64,000 bases of DNA from a virus. The translations under genes and the position numbers were made by a program. The notes under the pieces were generated by a model that made no database searches, was not told the origin of the DNA, and saw only the letters and a program-made list of their open reading frames with translations. Shown in pieces: positions 10,096-19,502 of the stretch. Within the stretch, counting starts at the first letter, position 1. Each line of letters starts with the position of its first letter. The stretch lies in IMG/VR virus record IMGVR_UViG_3300035670_000182. One strand, given 5' to 3'.

Positions 10096-10678
10096 CATTT
10101 GGGCGGTAACGCCCTCCACCAGCGCGACGTACTACCGTGCGGCGGCAAGCATCGCCGGCGCAGGTCAACTGACCTTGCTGCAAACTGACGCAGGACGTAA
10201 CGGTGTTGGTTACAAGGTGTCGATCACTTCTGCTGGCGACGACAGCGGTGACACTTTCACTATTGTTGGCACCAAGGTAGGCGACCTGACAGGCAGTTTG
10301 ACAACTGAGGTTGTTACGGGCGCAAACGCCGGTGTGGCAACGTCCGTTAACTACTACGCCCGCATCAACAGCATCACTGCAAGCGGCGCTTCGGCAGGTA
10401 ACGTCAGCATCGGCACAACCGGTTCGTTGGCCTTGCCACGCACGCGTATCAAGAGCCTTTACTACGTCGGCACCACAAACGCAGGTTCGATTGTTTTCAC
10501 TATCAACAGCACCAGCGGTCCTGAGGTTTTGAAGATTGATACCCCAGCGGGGGCTACAGCCTTCTCTGACAGCTTGTTCTTGCCTGCTGACGGTATTGTG
10601 CTGGGTCGCAACACCAACAACGACTTTGGCATCATGACCTTGACCGAAGTGACGAAAGTGACGGTGTTCTGTGGCTAA
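10079..10678 (+). CDS. Gly/Thr-rich structural protein
   Basis: 199 aa. Composition and C-terminus resemble 9347..9925, a possible paralogue. Confidence 0.4.
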   Translation: MGMQYDIWAVTPSTSATYYRAAASIAGAGQLTLLQTDAGRNGVGYKVSITSAGDDSGDTFTIVGTKVGDLTGSLTTEVVTGANAGVATSVNYYARINSITASGASAGNVSIGTTGSLALPRTRIKSLYYVGTTNAGSIVFTINSTSGPEVLKIDTPAGATAFSDSLFLPADGIVLGRNTNNDFGIMTLTEVTKVTVFCG

Positions 10679-10925
10679 GACCCCGGCTTGGCAGCGTAAG
10701 GAAGGCAAAAACCCGAAGGGCGGTTTGAACGCCAAGGGCCGCGCTTCCTACAACAAAGCCAACCCGGGCAAGCCCGGTCTAAAGGCGCCTCAACCAGAGG
10801 GCGGCAAACGACGTGATTCTTTCTGCGCACGCATGGAAGGCATGAAGAAAAAGCTCACAAGCGCCAAGACCGCCAAGGACCCTAACTCACGTATCAACAA
10901 GAGCCTGCGGGCATGGAATTGCTGA
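10671..10925 (+). CDS. small basic K/G-rich protein
   Basis: 84 aa, very basic (KGG/KPG repeats). First of a run of small basic ORFs. Confidence 0.4.
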   Translation: MAKTPAWQRKEGKNPKGGLNAKGRASYNKANPGKPGLKAPQPEGGKRRDSFCARMEGMKKKLTSAKTAKDPNSRINKSLRAWNC

Positions 10926-10926
10926 T

Positions 10927-11118
10927 ATGACAACCGTACAAGAACAAACGAAACACATCGTAGACGCCGCTTCTGTGCTGACCGTTGTGGGAACACTTGC
11001 TGACATGCTACCTTCAATCGCTGCGCTCTTTACGATTGTCTGGACAGGCATTCGCATCTTTGAAACCGACACGGTTCAGCGACTGCTTGGCCGTATTAAA
11101 CCACCAACCGACGAGTAA
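10927..11118 (+). CDS. small membrane protein
   Basis: 63 aa with one central hydrophobic helix. Confidence 0.3.
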   Translation: MTTVQEQTKHIVDAASVLTVVGTLADMLPSIAALFTIVWTGIRIFETDTVQRLLGRIKPPTDE

Positions 11119-11135
11119 TTTTTAAGGAGGCCAAC

Positions 11136-11327
11136 ATGGCTAAATCATCTGGAAACGGCATCACCAAAGCCAAAATGGGTTCAGTTCGCACCGCAGCTCC
11201 AAGCCGCGACGGTATTGCAGCCAAGGGTAAAACCAAAGGCAAGCAAATTGCCATGAAGGGCGGCAAACCGCTGGGCATGAAGGCCGGCGGCATGACCAAG
11301 AAAATGGCTTACGGCGGTAAGTGCTAA
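11136..11327 (+). CDS. small basic Lys/Gly-rich protein
   Basis: 63 aa, high K/G content. SD AAGGAGG. Confidence 0.4.
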   Translation: MAKSSGNGITKAKMGSVRTAAPSRDGIAAKGKTKGKQIAMKGGKPLGMKAGGMTKKMAYGGKC

Positions 11328-11330
11328 GCC

Positions 11331-11618
11331 ATGATGGCGTGCCGCGGAATGGGGGCGGTTGCCCCCAGCAAAATGCCTAAAGGCGTGAAGAAAGCACGCC
11401 GAGATGACACCGACTTTACCGAGTACAAGCAAGGTGGCGAGGTCAAATCAAAGGTAAATGAAGCGGGCAACTACACCAAGCCCGGCATGCGCAAGTCCTT
11501 GTTTGAGTCAATCAAATCTCGGGCAGTACAAGGCACCGGCGCAGGGCAGTGGAGCGCTCGCAAAGCACAGCTCTTGGCCAAGCAATACAAAGCAAAGGGC
11601 GGCGGATATAAGTCATGA
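11331..11618 (+). CDS. small basic protein
   Basis: 95 aa, K/R-rich. Confidence 0.4.
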   Translation: MMACRGMGAVAPSKMPKGVKKARRDDTDFTEYKQGGEVKSKVNEAGNYTKPGMRKSLFESIKSRAVQGTGAGQWSARKAQLLAKQYKAKGGGYKS

Positions 11619-11848
11619 AAAAGCCTCAGCAATCGCTCAAGGACTGGACAGCCCAAAAGTGGCGCACCAAGTCCGGCAAACCGTCTTCCAAGACGGGGGA
11701 GCGCTATTTGCCCGAGGCCGCTATCAAGTCTTTAACGCCATCCGAGTACGCGGCAACTACCCGTGCAAAACGCGCGGGTAAGAAAGCAGGCAAGCAGTTT
11801 GTGGCGCAGCCAAAAACGATTGCAAAGAAAACAGCGGGATTTCGATAA
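11615..11848 (+). CDS. small basic protein
   Basis: 77 aa, K-rich. ATGA-coupled. Confidence 0.4.
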   Translation: MKKPQQSLKDWTAQKWRTKSGKPSSKTGERYLPEAAIKSLTPSEYAATTRAKRAGKKAGKQFVAQPKTIAKKTAGFR

Positions 11849-12021
11849 TGGCTGAGAAGTGGATTCAAAAAGCGATTAAAAAACCCGGCGCTTTGCACAA
11901 GCAAATGGGCGTGCCCAAGGGCGAAAAGATTCCCGCGGCAAAGCTCGCCAAGGCCGCTAAAGCCCCCGGCAAGCTGGGCCAACGTGCTCGTCTGGCGCAG
12001 ACGTTGAAGAAAATGAAATAA
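11848..12021 (+). CDS. small basic protein (57 aa)
   Basis: TAATG-coupled. Pattern KKPGAL..MGVPKGEKIP..GKLGQRARLA resembles DUF3008-type small bacterial basic proteins (from memory). Not in the ORF track because it is shorter than 60 aa. Confidence 0.3.
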   Translation: MAEKWIQKAIKKPGALHKQMGVPKGEKIPAAKLAKAAKAPGKLGQRARLAQTLKKMK

Positions 12022-12024
12022 CCC

Positions 12025-12957
12025 ATGGCAATAACATCCGGAACCACTGGTTTTAACCTCGACCTGACCGAACTGGTCGAGGAGGCGTTCGAGCGCGTGG
12101 GCTCGGAGTTGCGCACGGGCTATGACTTGAAGACCGCCCGCCGTTCGCTGAACTTGTTGTTCGCTGACTGGGCCAACCGCGGCGTGAATATGTGGACGTT
12201 TGAGCAGGGCACCATCCCCTTGGTGCAAGGCCTCAACACCTACGCGCTGCCAAACGACACCGTGGATTTGCTGGAGCACGTCATTCGCACGCAGGCCAAC
12301 CAGCAGTCTAACCAAGCCGATTTGACAATTACCCGCATCAGCGTCTCGACCTATGCGACCTTACCAAACAAACTTCAGCAGGCTCGTCCAATTCAGGTTT
12401 GGGTACAACGCATGGATGGTCAAACGGCAGCGCCAGCAACGACTCTTGCGTCTGGCATTTCGTCTACTGACACTACGATCACGCTCGTGAACGCGTCTAG
12501 CCTGCCTGCGGCGGGCTTCGTGCAAATCGGCTCCGAGACTATCAACTACGGCTACGTGGACGGCAATACGCTTGGCAACGTGTTCCGCGGCCAAAACGGC
12601 ACCACTGCGGCAGCTCATTTGGCCGGCGCCAACGTGAGCGTGCAGAACCTCCCTCGCGTGACCGTGTGGCCCACACCAGATGGCGCCCAGAGCTACCAGT
12701 TTGTCTATTGGCGCATGCGCCGTGTGCAAGATGCCGGCGGCGGTGTCAACGTGATGGACGTCCCATTCCGCTTCATCCCCTGCATGACCGCAGGGCTGGC
12801 TTACTACTTGGCGCTCAAAGTTCCCGGTGGACTCGACCGCTTGCAAGTTTTGAAGGCGCAGTATGACGAGGCTTGGGCCATGGCTGCCGACGAAGATCAA
12901 GAGAAAGCCGCGGTTCGTTTTGTGCCACGTCAGCAATTCATTGGCGGCGGGTACTAA
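12025..12957 (+). CDS. structural protein (putative head-tail adaptor/connector region)
   Basis: 310-aa ORF in the structural operon. No motif. Confidence 0.4.
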   Translation: MAITSGTTGFNLDLTELVEEAFERVGSELRTGYDLKTARRSLNLLFADWANRGVNMWTFEQGTIPLVQGLNTYALPNDTVDLLEHVIRTQANQQSNQADLTITRISVSTYATLPNKLQQARPIQVWVQRMDGQTAAPATTLASGISSTDTTITLVNASSLPAAGFVQIGSETINYGYVDGNTLGNVFRGQNGTTAAAHLAGANVSVQNLPRVTVWPTPDGAQSYQFVYWRMRRVQDAGGGVNVMDVPFRFIPCMTAGLAYYLALKVPGGLDRLQVLKAQYDEAWAMAADEDQEKAAVRFVPRQQFIGGGY

Positions 12958-13386
12958 ATGGGAAACCGGTTTGCATCCGGCAAGTACAGCATCGCCCAGT
13001 GCGATCGCTGCGATGGGCGCTTCAAGCTCAAAGAACTTCGCCGCGAGGTTATCAAGACCAAGAACTACGAGTTGCTTGTGTGCCCAGAGTGCTGGGATCC
13101 AGATCAACCGCAGTTGCAACTGGGTATGTACCCGGTGGATGACCCCCAAGGTGTTCGCAACCCCCGCCCTGATCGCAGCTATGTGACGTCTGGCACGACT
13201 GGCCTACAGGTCATCAACAGTGACAGCACAGATATACTCGCTCAAGGTTTTCAAAGCGAAGGTAGCCGAGACATTCAATGGGGGTGGAACCCTGTTGGTG
13301 GCGCAAGCTTGGATGACGACGGTTTGACACCAAACTATTTGAACATGTTGGTGGAAATTGGTACAGTAACGGTAGTAACGACATAA
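12958..13386 (+). CDS. zinc-ribbon structural protein
   Basis: 142 aa. CDRCDG...CPEC four-Cys ribbon near the N-terminus. TAAATG coupling. Confidence 0.4.
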   Translation: MGNRFASGKYSIAQCDRCDGRFKLKELRREVIKTKNYELLVCPECWDPDQPQLQLGMYPVDDPQGVRNPRPDRSYVTSGTTGLQVINSDSTDILAQGFQSEGSRDIQWGWNPVGGASLDDDGLTPNYLNMLVEIGTVTVVTT

Positions 13387-13396
13387 GGAGTCGAAC

Positions 13397-13588
13397 ATGG
13401 ACAAAAAAGACTTAGCGCAAGACAAGAAAATGATTAAAGCTGCCGTTGGTAAGCATGAAAAAGCCATGCACCCCGGCAAGCCTTTGACCAAGCTTCGTGC
13501 TGGCGGCAAGACCAACAGCGACATGCTGAAATACGGTCGCAATATGGCCAAGATCAAGAACCAGAAATCTGTGGGCCGTGGAGGCTAA
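13397..13588 (+). CDS. small basic protein
   Basis: 63 aa, K-rich. SD TAAGGAG. Confidence 0.35.
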   Translation: MDKKDLAQDKKMIKAAVGKHEKAMHPGKPLTKLRAGGKTNSDMLKYGRNMAKIKNQKSVGRGG

Positions 13589-13589
13589 T

Positions 13590-13745
13590 ATGAAAGAAAA
13601 AGTCAAACCCAACATGCCCCAGCCTAACAAGCAGCCAACGGGCAGCAACGGTTACCCAGAGAAAAATGTCAAGACTTCGGGCATCAAAGTCCGCGGTACT
13701 GGCGCAGCTACAAAAGGCGTGATGGCACGCGGACCAATGGCCTAA
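13590..13745 (+). CDS. small basic protein (51 aa)
   Basis: Coupled ORF, K/G-rich. Shorter than 60 aa, so absent from the ORF track. Confidence 0.25.
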   Translation: MKEKVKPNMPQPNKQPTGSNGYPEKNVKTSGIKVRGTGAATKGVMARGPMA

Positions 13746-13746
13746 C

Positions 13747-14478
13747 ATGACCTACGACGAACTTTACGCAAACATCCAAGCGTACACGGAGAACACGTTT
13801 CCCGATACGTATCTTGCTGATGGAAGTGTTGTTGACACTGAGACCCAGATCAACACCTTCATCAAGCAGGCGGAACAGCGCATCTTCAACACGGTGCAGT
13901 TCCCGTCGTTGCGTAAGAACGTCACAGGCACAACCACAGCAAACAACAAATACCTGTCGTGCCCCGGCGACTTCCTGTCCGTCTACTCGATGGCTGTGAT
14001 TGACGCCTCCGGCGTGTACGAGTATTTGTTGAACAAGGATGTGAACTTCATCCGTCAGGCGTACCCACAGCCCACGGACACGGCTATCCCGAAGTACTAC
14101 GCTTTGTTTGGTCCGACAACCACCAATGATGCGTCGCCTGTCATAACCGACGAGCTGTCTTTCATTTTGGGCCCCACACCTGATGCAGCCTACAGCGTTG
14201 AGCTGCACTACTACTATTACCCCGAGTCCATCACCACTGCATCTGACGGTCGTACATGGCTGGGTGACAATTTTGACAGCGTGCTGTTGTACGGTTCGCT
14301 GGTCGAAGCCTACACCTTCATGAAAGGCGAAGCTGATTTGGTTGCGCTGTACGAGACCAAGTACAAAGAAGCACTTGCACTGGCCTCCCGTCTTGGCGAC
14401 GGCTTGGAGCGCAGCGACGCGTACCGCAGCGGTCAATCCCGCGTACTTCCGTTGCCGCAAAATAACGGGGTCAAGTAA
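13747..14478 (+). CDS. structural protein
   Basis: 243-aa ORF in the structural operon. Confidence 0.45.
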   Translation: MTYDELYANIQAYTENTFPDTYLADGSVVDTETQINTFIKQAEQRIFNTVQFPSLRKNVTGTTTANNKYLSCPGDFLSVYSMAVIDASGVYEYLLNKDVNFIRQAYPQPTDTAIPKYYALFGPTTTNDASPVITDELSFILGPTPDAAYSVELHYYYYPESITTASDGRTWLGDNFDSVLLYGSLVEAYTFMKGEADLVALYETKYKEALALASRLGDGLERSDAYRSGQSRVLPLPQNNGVK

Positions 14479-14906
14479 TGGCTATCACACAAGGCGCAAC
14501 AAATACTTTCAAGCTTGGGCTGCCAAAAGGCGACTTCGACTTTGACGCCGACACGTTCAAGATTGCGCTGTACACAGGCTCCGCCAATATCGGCCCAGAC
14601 ACAACTGCGTACACGTCTGTAGGCGAGGTCGTGTCTTCGGGGTATACATCGGGCGGCGAGGTGTTGGCGGTTACTCAAACACCTACAATCGGTAATCAGA
14701 CCGGCAACGCGACAGTGTATTTGTCGTTTGCCAACGTGACTTGGACTTCCGCCCTGACAGCTCGCGGCGCGCTTATCTACAAGTCTGGTGTTGAAAACCC
14801 TACTGTTTGCGTGCTGGACTTCGGTGCAGACAAAACATCAACCACAACCTTCACTGTGCAGTTCCCTGCTGTCACCAGCACTGCCGCAATCATCCGTATC
14901 TCGTAA
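14478..14906 (+). CDS. beta-rich structural protein
   Basis: 142 aa, T/G/S-rich. Apparent paralogue of 14916..15434. Confidence 0.4.
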   Translation: MAITQGATNTFKLGLPKGDFDFDADTFKIALYTGSANIGPDTTAYTSVGEVVSSGYTSGGEVLAVTQTPTIGNQTGNATVYLSFANVTWTSALTARGALIYKSGVENPTVCVLDFGADKTSTTTFTVQFPAVTSTAAIIRIS

Positions 14907-14915
14907 GGAGCAAAA

Positions 14916-15434
14916 ATGTTTACCAACACAGCTAAAGCTGGCGGCGTTTACAAAGTGGTCTGCCACGACGCTGACGGTAACTTCAAGTGGGAAGAAACCA
15001 CACACAACCTCGTCGTGAACGAAGGTCTGCAAGACATGAACACGCAGTATTTCAAGGGCAGTGCATACACTGCCGCTTGGTACTTGGGTTTGATTACCGG
15101 CCCCGGTTCGGGTACTTCGATTGCCGCTGCTGACACGCTGGCTTCGCACGCAGGTTGGACTGAGTTCACCGACTACTCTGGTAACCGCAAAGCCGTGACC
15201 TTCGGCACAGCAACAACAGCCGACCCTTCGGTGATTGCCAACTCTGCCTCACCTTCTCAGTTCTCTATCACGGGTTCTGGTGGCGTGGTGGCTGGCGCGT
15301 TCTTGTGTAACGCCGCCTCTGGTACATCAGGTGTGTTGTTCTCTGCCTCGGACTTCCAGTCCCCCGGCGACCGCACAGTTGTGTCTGGTGACACACTGAC
15401 TGTTACCTACACCTTCAGCTTGGATGCGACTTAA
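14916..15434 (+). CDS. beta-rich structural protein
   Basis: 172 aa. C-terminal ..SGDTLTVTYTFSL resembles the end of 14478..14906. SD TAAGGAG. Confidence 0.4.
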   Translation: MFTNTAKAGGVYKVVCHDADGNFKWEETTHNLVVNEGLQDMNTQYFKGSAYTAAWYLGLITGPGSGTSIAAADTLASHAGWTEFTDYSGNRKAVTFGTATTADPSVIANSASPSQFSITGSGGVVAGAFLCNAASGTSGVLFSASDFQSPGDRTVVSGDTLTVTYTFSLDAT

Positions 15435-15436
15435 TC

Positions 15437-15895
15437 ATGGCACTCGTACTTGCAGATCGTGTCCGGGAAACCACGACCACGACGGGTACGGGCACCGTAA
15501 CTCTCGCTGGGGCTTACACCGGATTCCAGTCGTTCGCCGTCATTGGTAACGCCAACACCACCTACTACACCATCGCCGGTCAAGGCACGAACGAATGGGA
15601 AGTGGGTATTGGTACCTACACCTCGTCGGGCACAACGCTGTCACGCGACACGGTGCTTTCATCGTCCAACAGCGGTTCGCTGGTCAACTTTTCTGCCGGT
15701 ACAAAGGATGTGTTTGTCACGCAGCCAGCAGAGCGTACAGCGTATGTAGATGGGACCACGGCTTCGTTCGCAAACGGCGGCATCGTGCCGATTGTTTCTG
15801 GTGGTACAGGCGCTTCGACTGTGGCGGGGGCTCAAACTAATTTGCAGGTTGACCCTGCTGGTACGGCAGTTGCGATGGCAATCGCGCTAGGATAA
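15437..15895 (+). CDS. tail fiber/collar-like protein
   Basis: 152 aa. C-terminal SGGTGASTVAGAQTNL resembles the GGTGA..A..NLGL motif common in phage fibre proteins. Confidence 0.45.
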   Translation: MALVLADRVRETTTTTGTGTVTLAGAYTGFQSFAVIGNANTTYYTIAGQGTNEWEVGIGTYTSSGTTLSRDTVLSSSNSGSLVNFSAGTKDVFVTQPAERTAYVDGTTASFANGGIVPIVSGGTGASTVAGAQTNLQVDPAGTAVAMAIALG

Positions 15896-15898
15896 ATC

Positions 15899-16228
15899 AT
15901 GGCAACAAATACATTTAAATCGTACGCAAGCAAAGACGTTGGTACATCGGCTGCCACGGTTTACACCTGCCCAGCAGCCACACAGACCACACTGATTGGC
16001 CTGTCGATGGCCAACACCTCGGCTTCGCCTATCACGACTGATGCCTACGTTACCCGATCAGCGGTTAATTACTACTTGGTCAAAGGAGCTACGGTTCCTG
16101 TTGGCGGCTCGTTGGTGATTGTTGGTGGTGACCAGAAGGTTGTGTTGGAAGCGGCTGATGTGTTGTACATCGTCAATAGCGCGGCCTCTTCTGGCGACTG
16201 CTTCGCTTCATTGCTGGAGATCAGTTAA
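15899..16228 (+). CDS. small structural protein
   Basis: 109 aa, beta-rich. Confidence 0.35.
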   Translation: MATNTFKSYASKDVGTSAATVYTCPAATQTTLIGLSMANTSASPITTDAYVTRSAVNYYLVKGATVPVGGSLVIVGGDQKVVLEAADVLYIVNSAASSGDCFASLLEIS

Positions 16229-17376
16229 TGTCTTACATCGGTAACACCGCAACCACACAGGCGTTTACGCCTGCTGTTGATTTCTTCAACGGTAACGGCT
16301 CGACCACAGCTTTCACGCTGTCACGCCCTGTGGCATCTGTTGCACAGGTGCAGGCTGTTATCTCCAATGTGCCCCAAAACCCCGGCAGTGCGTACACTGT
16401 CAGTGGCAATACCATCACATTCACATCGGCTCCCCCAGCAGGTACGAGCAACATCTATGTGTACTACACCAGCCCGATCACGCAAGTCATTGCACCGGGT
16501 CAGAACACGGTAACGACAACCGCTTTGCAAGATGGCTCGGTTACAACAGCTAAATTGTCTACCGGTGCGCCGACTTGGGATGCGAATGGAAACGTGGCAC
16601 TTAACGGCGTTACGCCAAGTGCTTGGGGCGCTGGCTTCAAAGCACTTGAAAACATCGGTGGGGCTTTGTATTCAGGAAGTAATAGCGCAGTTTTGTTGTC
16701 GCAAAACTTTTACTACAACGGCACAAACAACATCTATAAAGCTAACGGATTTGCATCTGCGTATTCTCAAAATGCTGGCGCTCATATTTGGTACAGCGCA
16801 CCATCAGGCGTATCAGGAAACCCAGTTACGTTCACGCAGACTCTTGCCGTCGAGAAAGACAAGTCTCTGGCTTTGCAAGGCGCAACATCGCAGTCTGGGT
16901 CAGGCATCACCTTCCCCGCAACTCAATCAGCATCATCTGACGCAAACACGCTGGATGATTATGAAGAGGGTACTTGGACGCCAACGCTTACTTGCGGAGG
17001 TGGAACCCTAACCCTTAATTCAATTTATGATGTTTTAACATATACAAAAATTGGCAGGGTAGTAACCATAACAGGGCAAGTTGTTATTGGTTCGTCGAGC
17101 ACTCCAAGCGGAACGGTAACACTTGGAAACTTACCATTTAGCTTTGCAAACCTTACTGATTTGGCTGGTCAAACAAGGCCGTCAATTCATTTCTACGCAA
17201 GCGGAGCTGGCGCACCTGCAGCCGGATACTTTTCTGGATTTATTGGTTTTGTACAAGGTACAAACTCTGGAACAATCGTAGCAACATACAACGCCACTTA
17301 CGACAACACAATAGCCGACTGGTTCGCCAGTGGCTCTGACATTTTTGTCAATTTTTCGTATGTAACAGCAACTTAA
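16228..17376 (+). CDS. tail fiber protein 1
   Basis: 382 aa. N-terminal MSYIGN...NGNGST.AFTL...YTVSGNTITF domain is paralogous to the N-terminus of 18226..19206. Contains the SGSGITFPATQSASSDANTLDDYEEGTWT module. AT-rich distal C-terminus. Confidence 0.6.
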   Translation: MSYIGNTATTQAFTPAVDFFNGNGSTTAFTLSRPVASVAQVQAVISNVPQNPGSAYTVSGNTITFTSAPPAGTSNIYVYYTSPITQVIAPGQNTVTTTALQDGSVTTAKLSTGAPTWDANGNVALNGVTPSAWGAGFKALENIGGALYSGSNSAVLLSQNFYYNGTNNIYKANGFASAYSQNAGAHIWYSAPSGVSGNPVTFTQTLAVEKDKSLALQGATSQSGSGITFPATQSASSDANTLDDYEEGTWTPTLTCGGGTLTLNSIYDVLTYTKIGRVVTITGQVVIGSSSTPSGTVTLGNLPFSFANLTDLAGQTRPSIHFYASGAGAPAAGYFSGFIGFVQGTNSGTIVATYNATYDNTIADWFASGSDIFVNFSYVTAT

Positions 17377-17419
17377 TAGTCAGACCAGAATAGTTTGACC
17401 AGACACAAAGGAAACAAAA

Positions 17420-17674
17420 ATGTCACTCACCAAAACCACCACAGTCGATCAGATCACCGTCACAGAGAACGGCATCGTTCTTTACCGTGAAGCAACACGC
17501 ATCATGGAAGACGGTAACGAGATCAGCAAAACCTTTCACCGCACATCACTGACACCCGGTCAAGACCTGACAGGTCAACCAGCCAATGTGGTTGCAATTT
17601 GCAACGCAGCATGGACCACCGAAGTCATTGACGCATACAACGCACAAGTTGCAGCACAAACACCCGGAGCCTAA
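17420..17674 (+). CDS. small fiber-associated protein
   Basis: 84-aa ORF between the fibre genes. Confidence 0.35.
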   Translation: MSLTKTTTVDQITVTENGIVLYREATRIMEDGNEISKTFHRTSLTPGQDLTGQPANVVAICNAAWTTEVIDAYNAQVAAQTPGA

Positions 17675-17676
17675 AC

Positions 17677-18204
17677 ATGGCAATCAGCAGAATCGAATCT
17701 AACAGCATAGCGCCTAGTCAAACACTGACTACGCCAATCATTGCTACCACAATGGGGGTTGGCGGTGCTACGCCTTCGGGTTCTGGTTCTGGCATTACTT
17801 TCCCTGCTACACAGTCAGCGTCAACCGATGCAAACACATTGGATGACTACGAAGAGGGAAGTTGGACAACGACAACAGCGTCGACCGTAAATATCAGCGG
17901 CATTACATTGCAGCAGGCAAGATACACAAAAGTTGGTCGAATGGTAACCATTGATGGTTATTTTGATGCAACGATTGCAAGCGCAAACACGCTTACGTAT
18001 TTTTCTTTTACCATACCATTTCCTTTGATTTCAACTACCGCTGGCGGGTGTGGCGCGGCGGTTACGAATAATGAATTTGCGCCGGGCAGTGTGTATCGTG
18101 CATCTGGCAGCACTGCGCTTGTTTATATTCTTTTTAAGGCTTCGGTTGGTTTTAGTAGTGGGGCCAATACGTTGTATTTCACATACACATACCAAACAAC
18201 ATAA
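17677..18204 (+). CDS. fiber distal-module protein
   Basis: 175 aa. Shares the 30-aa module SGSGITFPATQSASTDANTLDDYEEGSWT with 16228..17376. AT-rich C-terminal half. Confidence 0.45.
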   Translation: MAISRIESNSIAPSQTLTTPIIATTMGVGGATPSGSGSGITFPATQSASTDANTLDDYEEGSWTTTTASTVNISGITLQQARYTKVGRMVTIDGYFDATIASANTLTYFSFTIPFPLISTTAGGCGAAVTNNEFAPGSVYRASGSTALVYILFKASVGFSSGANTLYFTYTYQTT

Positions 18205-18225
18205 CCGCCGAACATAAGGAACACC

Positions 18226-19206
18226 ATGTCATACATCGGCAACGAACCTCTCAGCGTAGCTTTCCTGACTGACACATTCAGCGGTAACGGCTCAACTGTC
18301 GCTTTCACAATGTCGGTGGCTCCGGCAAACACATCATCTATTCTTGTGGCAGTCACAGGTGTAGTGCAAGACCCATCGACATACAGCGTCAGCGGTACAA
18401 CCCTGACCTTCTCTGCTGCGCCTCCCTCGGGCACAAGCAACATCTCGGTGCGCTACCTTGGCATCCCTGCAAGCGGCGTAACAACCACAGCCTACCGCAC
18501 AGTCACCGACAGCACTGCCACTGCCGGACAAACCAGCTTCACCATCCCTTCATACACAGTGGGCTATGTGGATGTGTACCGCAACGGTGTGCGCTTGGCT
18601 GCTGCTGACTACACGGCTACAACAGGCACAACCATCGTCTTAGCTTCGGCTGCATCTGCTGGTGACACGATCACCACAGAGTCGTTCTATGTGTCGAGCG
18701 TGTTGAATGCTATTCCTGCGACAAACAACTCGGTGCAGCAAACATACTTGGCTTCTGGCGTGGCGGGTACAGGCCCTGCTTTTGGTGCTTATTTTTCAGG
18801 TAGCTACACAGCCATAACTAACGGAACATGGGTAAAAATCCCACTCAACACAGAAGAGTTTGACACGAACAACAACTTCGATTCGACAACCAACTACCGT
18901 TTTACGCCAACCGTTGCAGGGTATTACCAAATCAACGCCGCTGTACTTAACGATTTTTCAGTTGCACAGTTCACATCTTTCTTAGTTGCCATCTATAAAA
19001 ACGGCGCGGTCTACAAACAAAACAACATGATTTCCGGCACAGCAATGTACAACTATGGAAGTCAGGCACTTTCAGTGTTAATTTATATGAATGGCACGAC
19101 CGATTACCTTGAGCTATATGTTCAAACAAACGGCGGGACTGGTGCGGGCTACCAGACAGGTCAGCAATACACATACATGAACGGCTTCTTAGCGAGGGCA
19201 GCATAA
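18226..19206 (+). CDS. tail fiber protein 2
   Basis: 326 aa. N-terminal anchor domain paralogous to fibre 1. Divergent AT-rich C-terminal half. Confidence 0.6.
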   Translation: MSYIGNEPLSVAFLTDTFSGNGSTVAFTMSVAPANTSSILVAVTGVVQDPSTYSVSGTTLTFSAAPPSGTSNISVRYLGIPASGVTTTAYRTVTDSTATAGQTSFTIPSYTVGYVDVYRNGVRLAAADYTATTGTTIVLASAASAGDTITTESFYVSSVLNAIPATNNSVQQTYLASGVAGTGPAFGAYFSGSYTAITNGTWVKIPLNTEEFDTNNNFDSTTNYRFTPTVAGYYQINAAVLNDFSVAQFTSFLVAIYKNGAVYKQNNMISGTAMYNYGSQALSVLIYMNGTTDYLELYVQTNGGTGAGYQTGQQYTYMNGFLARAA

Positions 19207-19502
19207 TGACAAACGCAGTAGGCATCGCGCAATCAGGCGCAAACAACGTGACCATGCGCAACCGTATCATCAACGGGGGTATGATGATCTCACAGCGTGG
19301 GACTTCTCCAACCATTACAGGCGGGGGCGACTGCTCAGTTGATCGGTTTTACAATTACTATTCTGGCGGCAAGTCCGACGACGGCAAACAGTGTTTACTA
19401 TGTAACAGCCTATACAGCAACAGCGGAGCTATAAATGTACAAAGCACTTGCACCACACGAAATTACTGGCGAACCAATTCAAGCAATCAAACGGTTGGCT
19501 GA
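19206..19502 (+). pseudogene. tail-fiber N-terminal fragment (possible remnant)
   Basis: Begins MTNAVGIAQSG..MRNRIINGGMMISQRG, a fibre-like N-terminus. After about 50 aa it degenerates into Cys/Ser-rich non-protein-like sequence. A 55-aa ORF in another frame overlaps it (19433-19600). Confidence 0.3.

Noticed and set aside
9932-10735. 267-aa minus-strand ORF inside the plus-strand structural operon
   Set aside because: Antisense to two well-formed plus-strand genes. Composition is Arg/Cys/Ala/Val-rich, typical of reverse-strand reading of GC-rich coding sequence. No SD.
12361-14460. 262-aa and 250-aa minus-strand ORFs across structural genes
   Set aside because: Antisense to tightly coupled plus-strand genes. 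Products are not protein-like.
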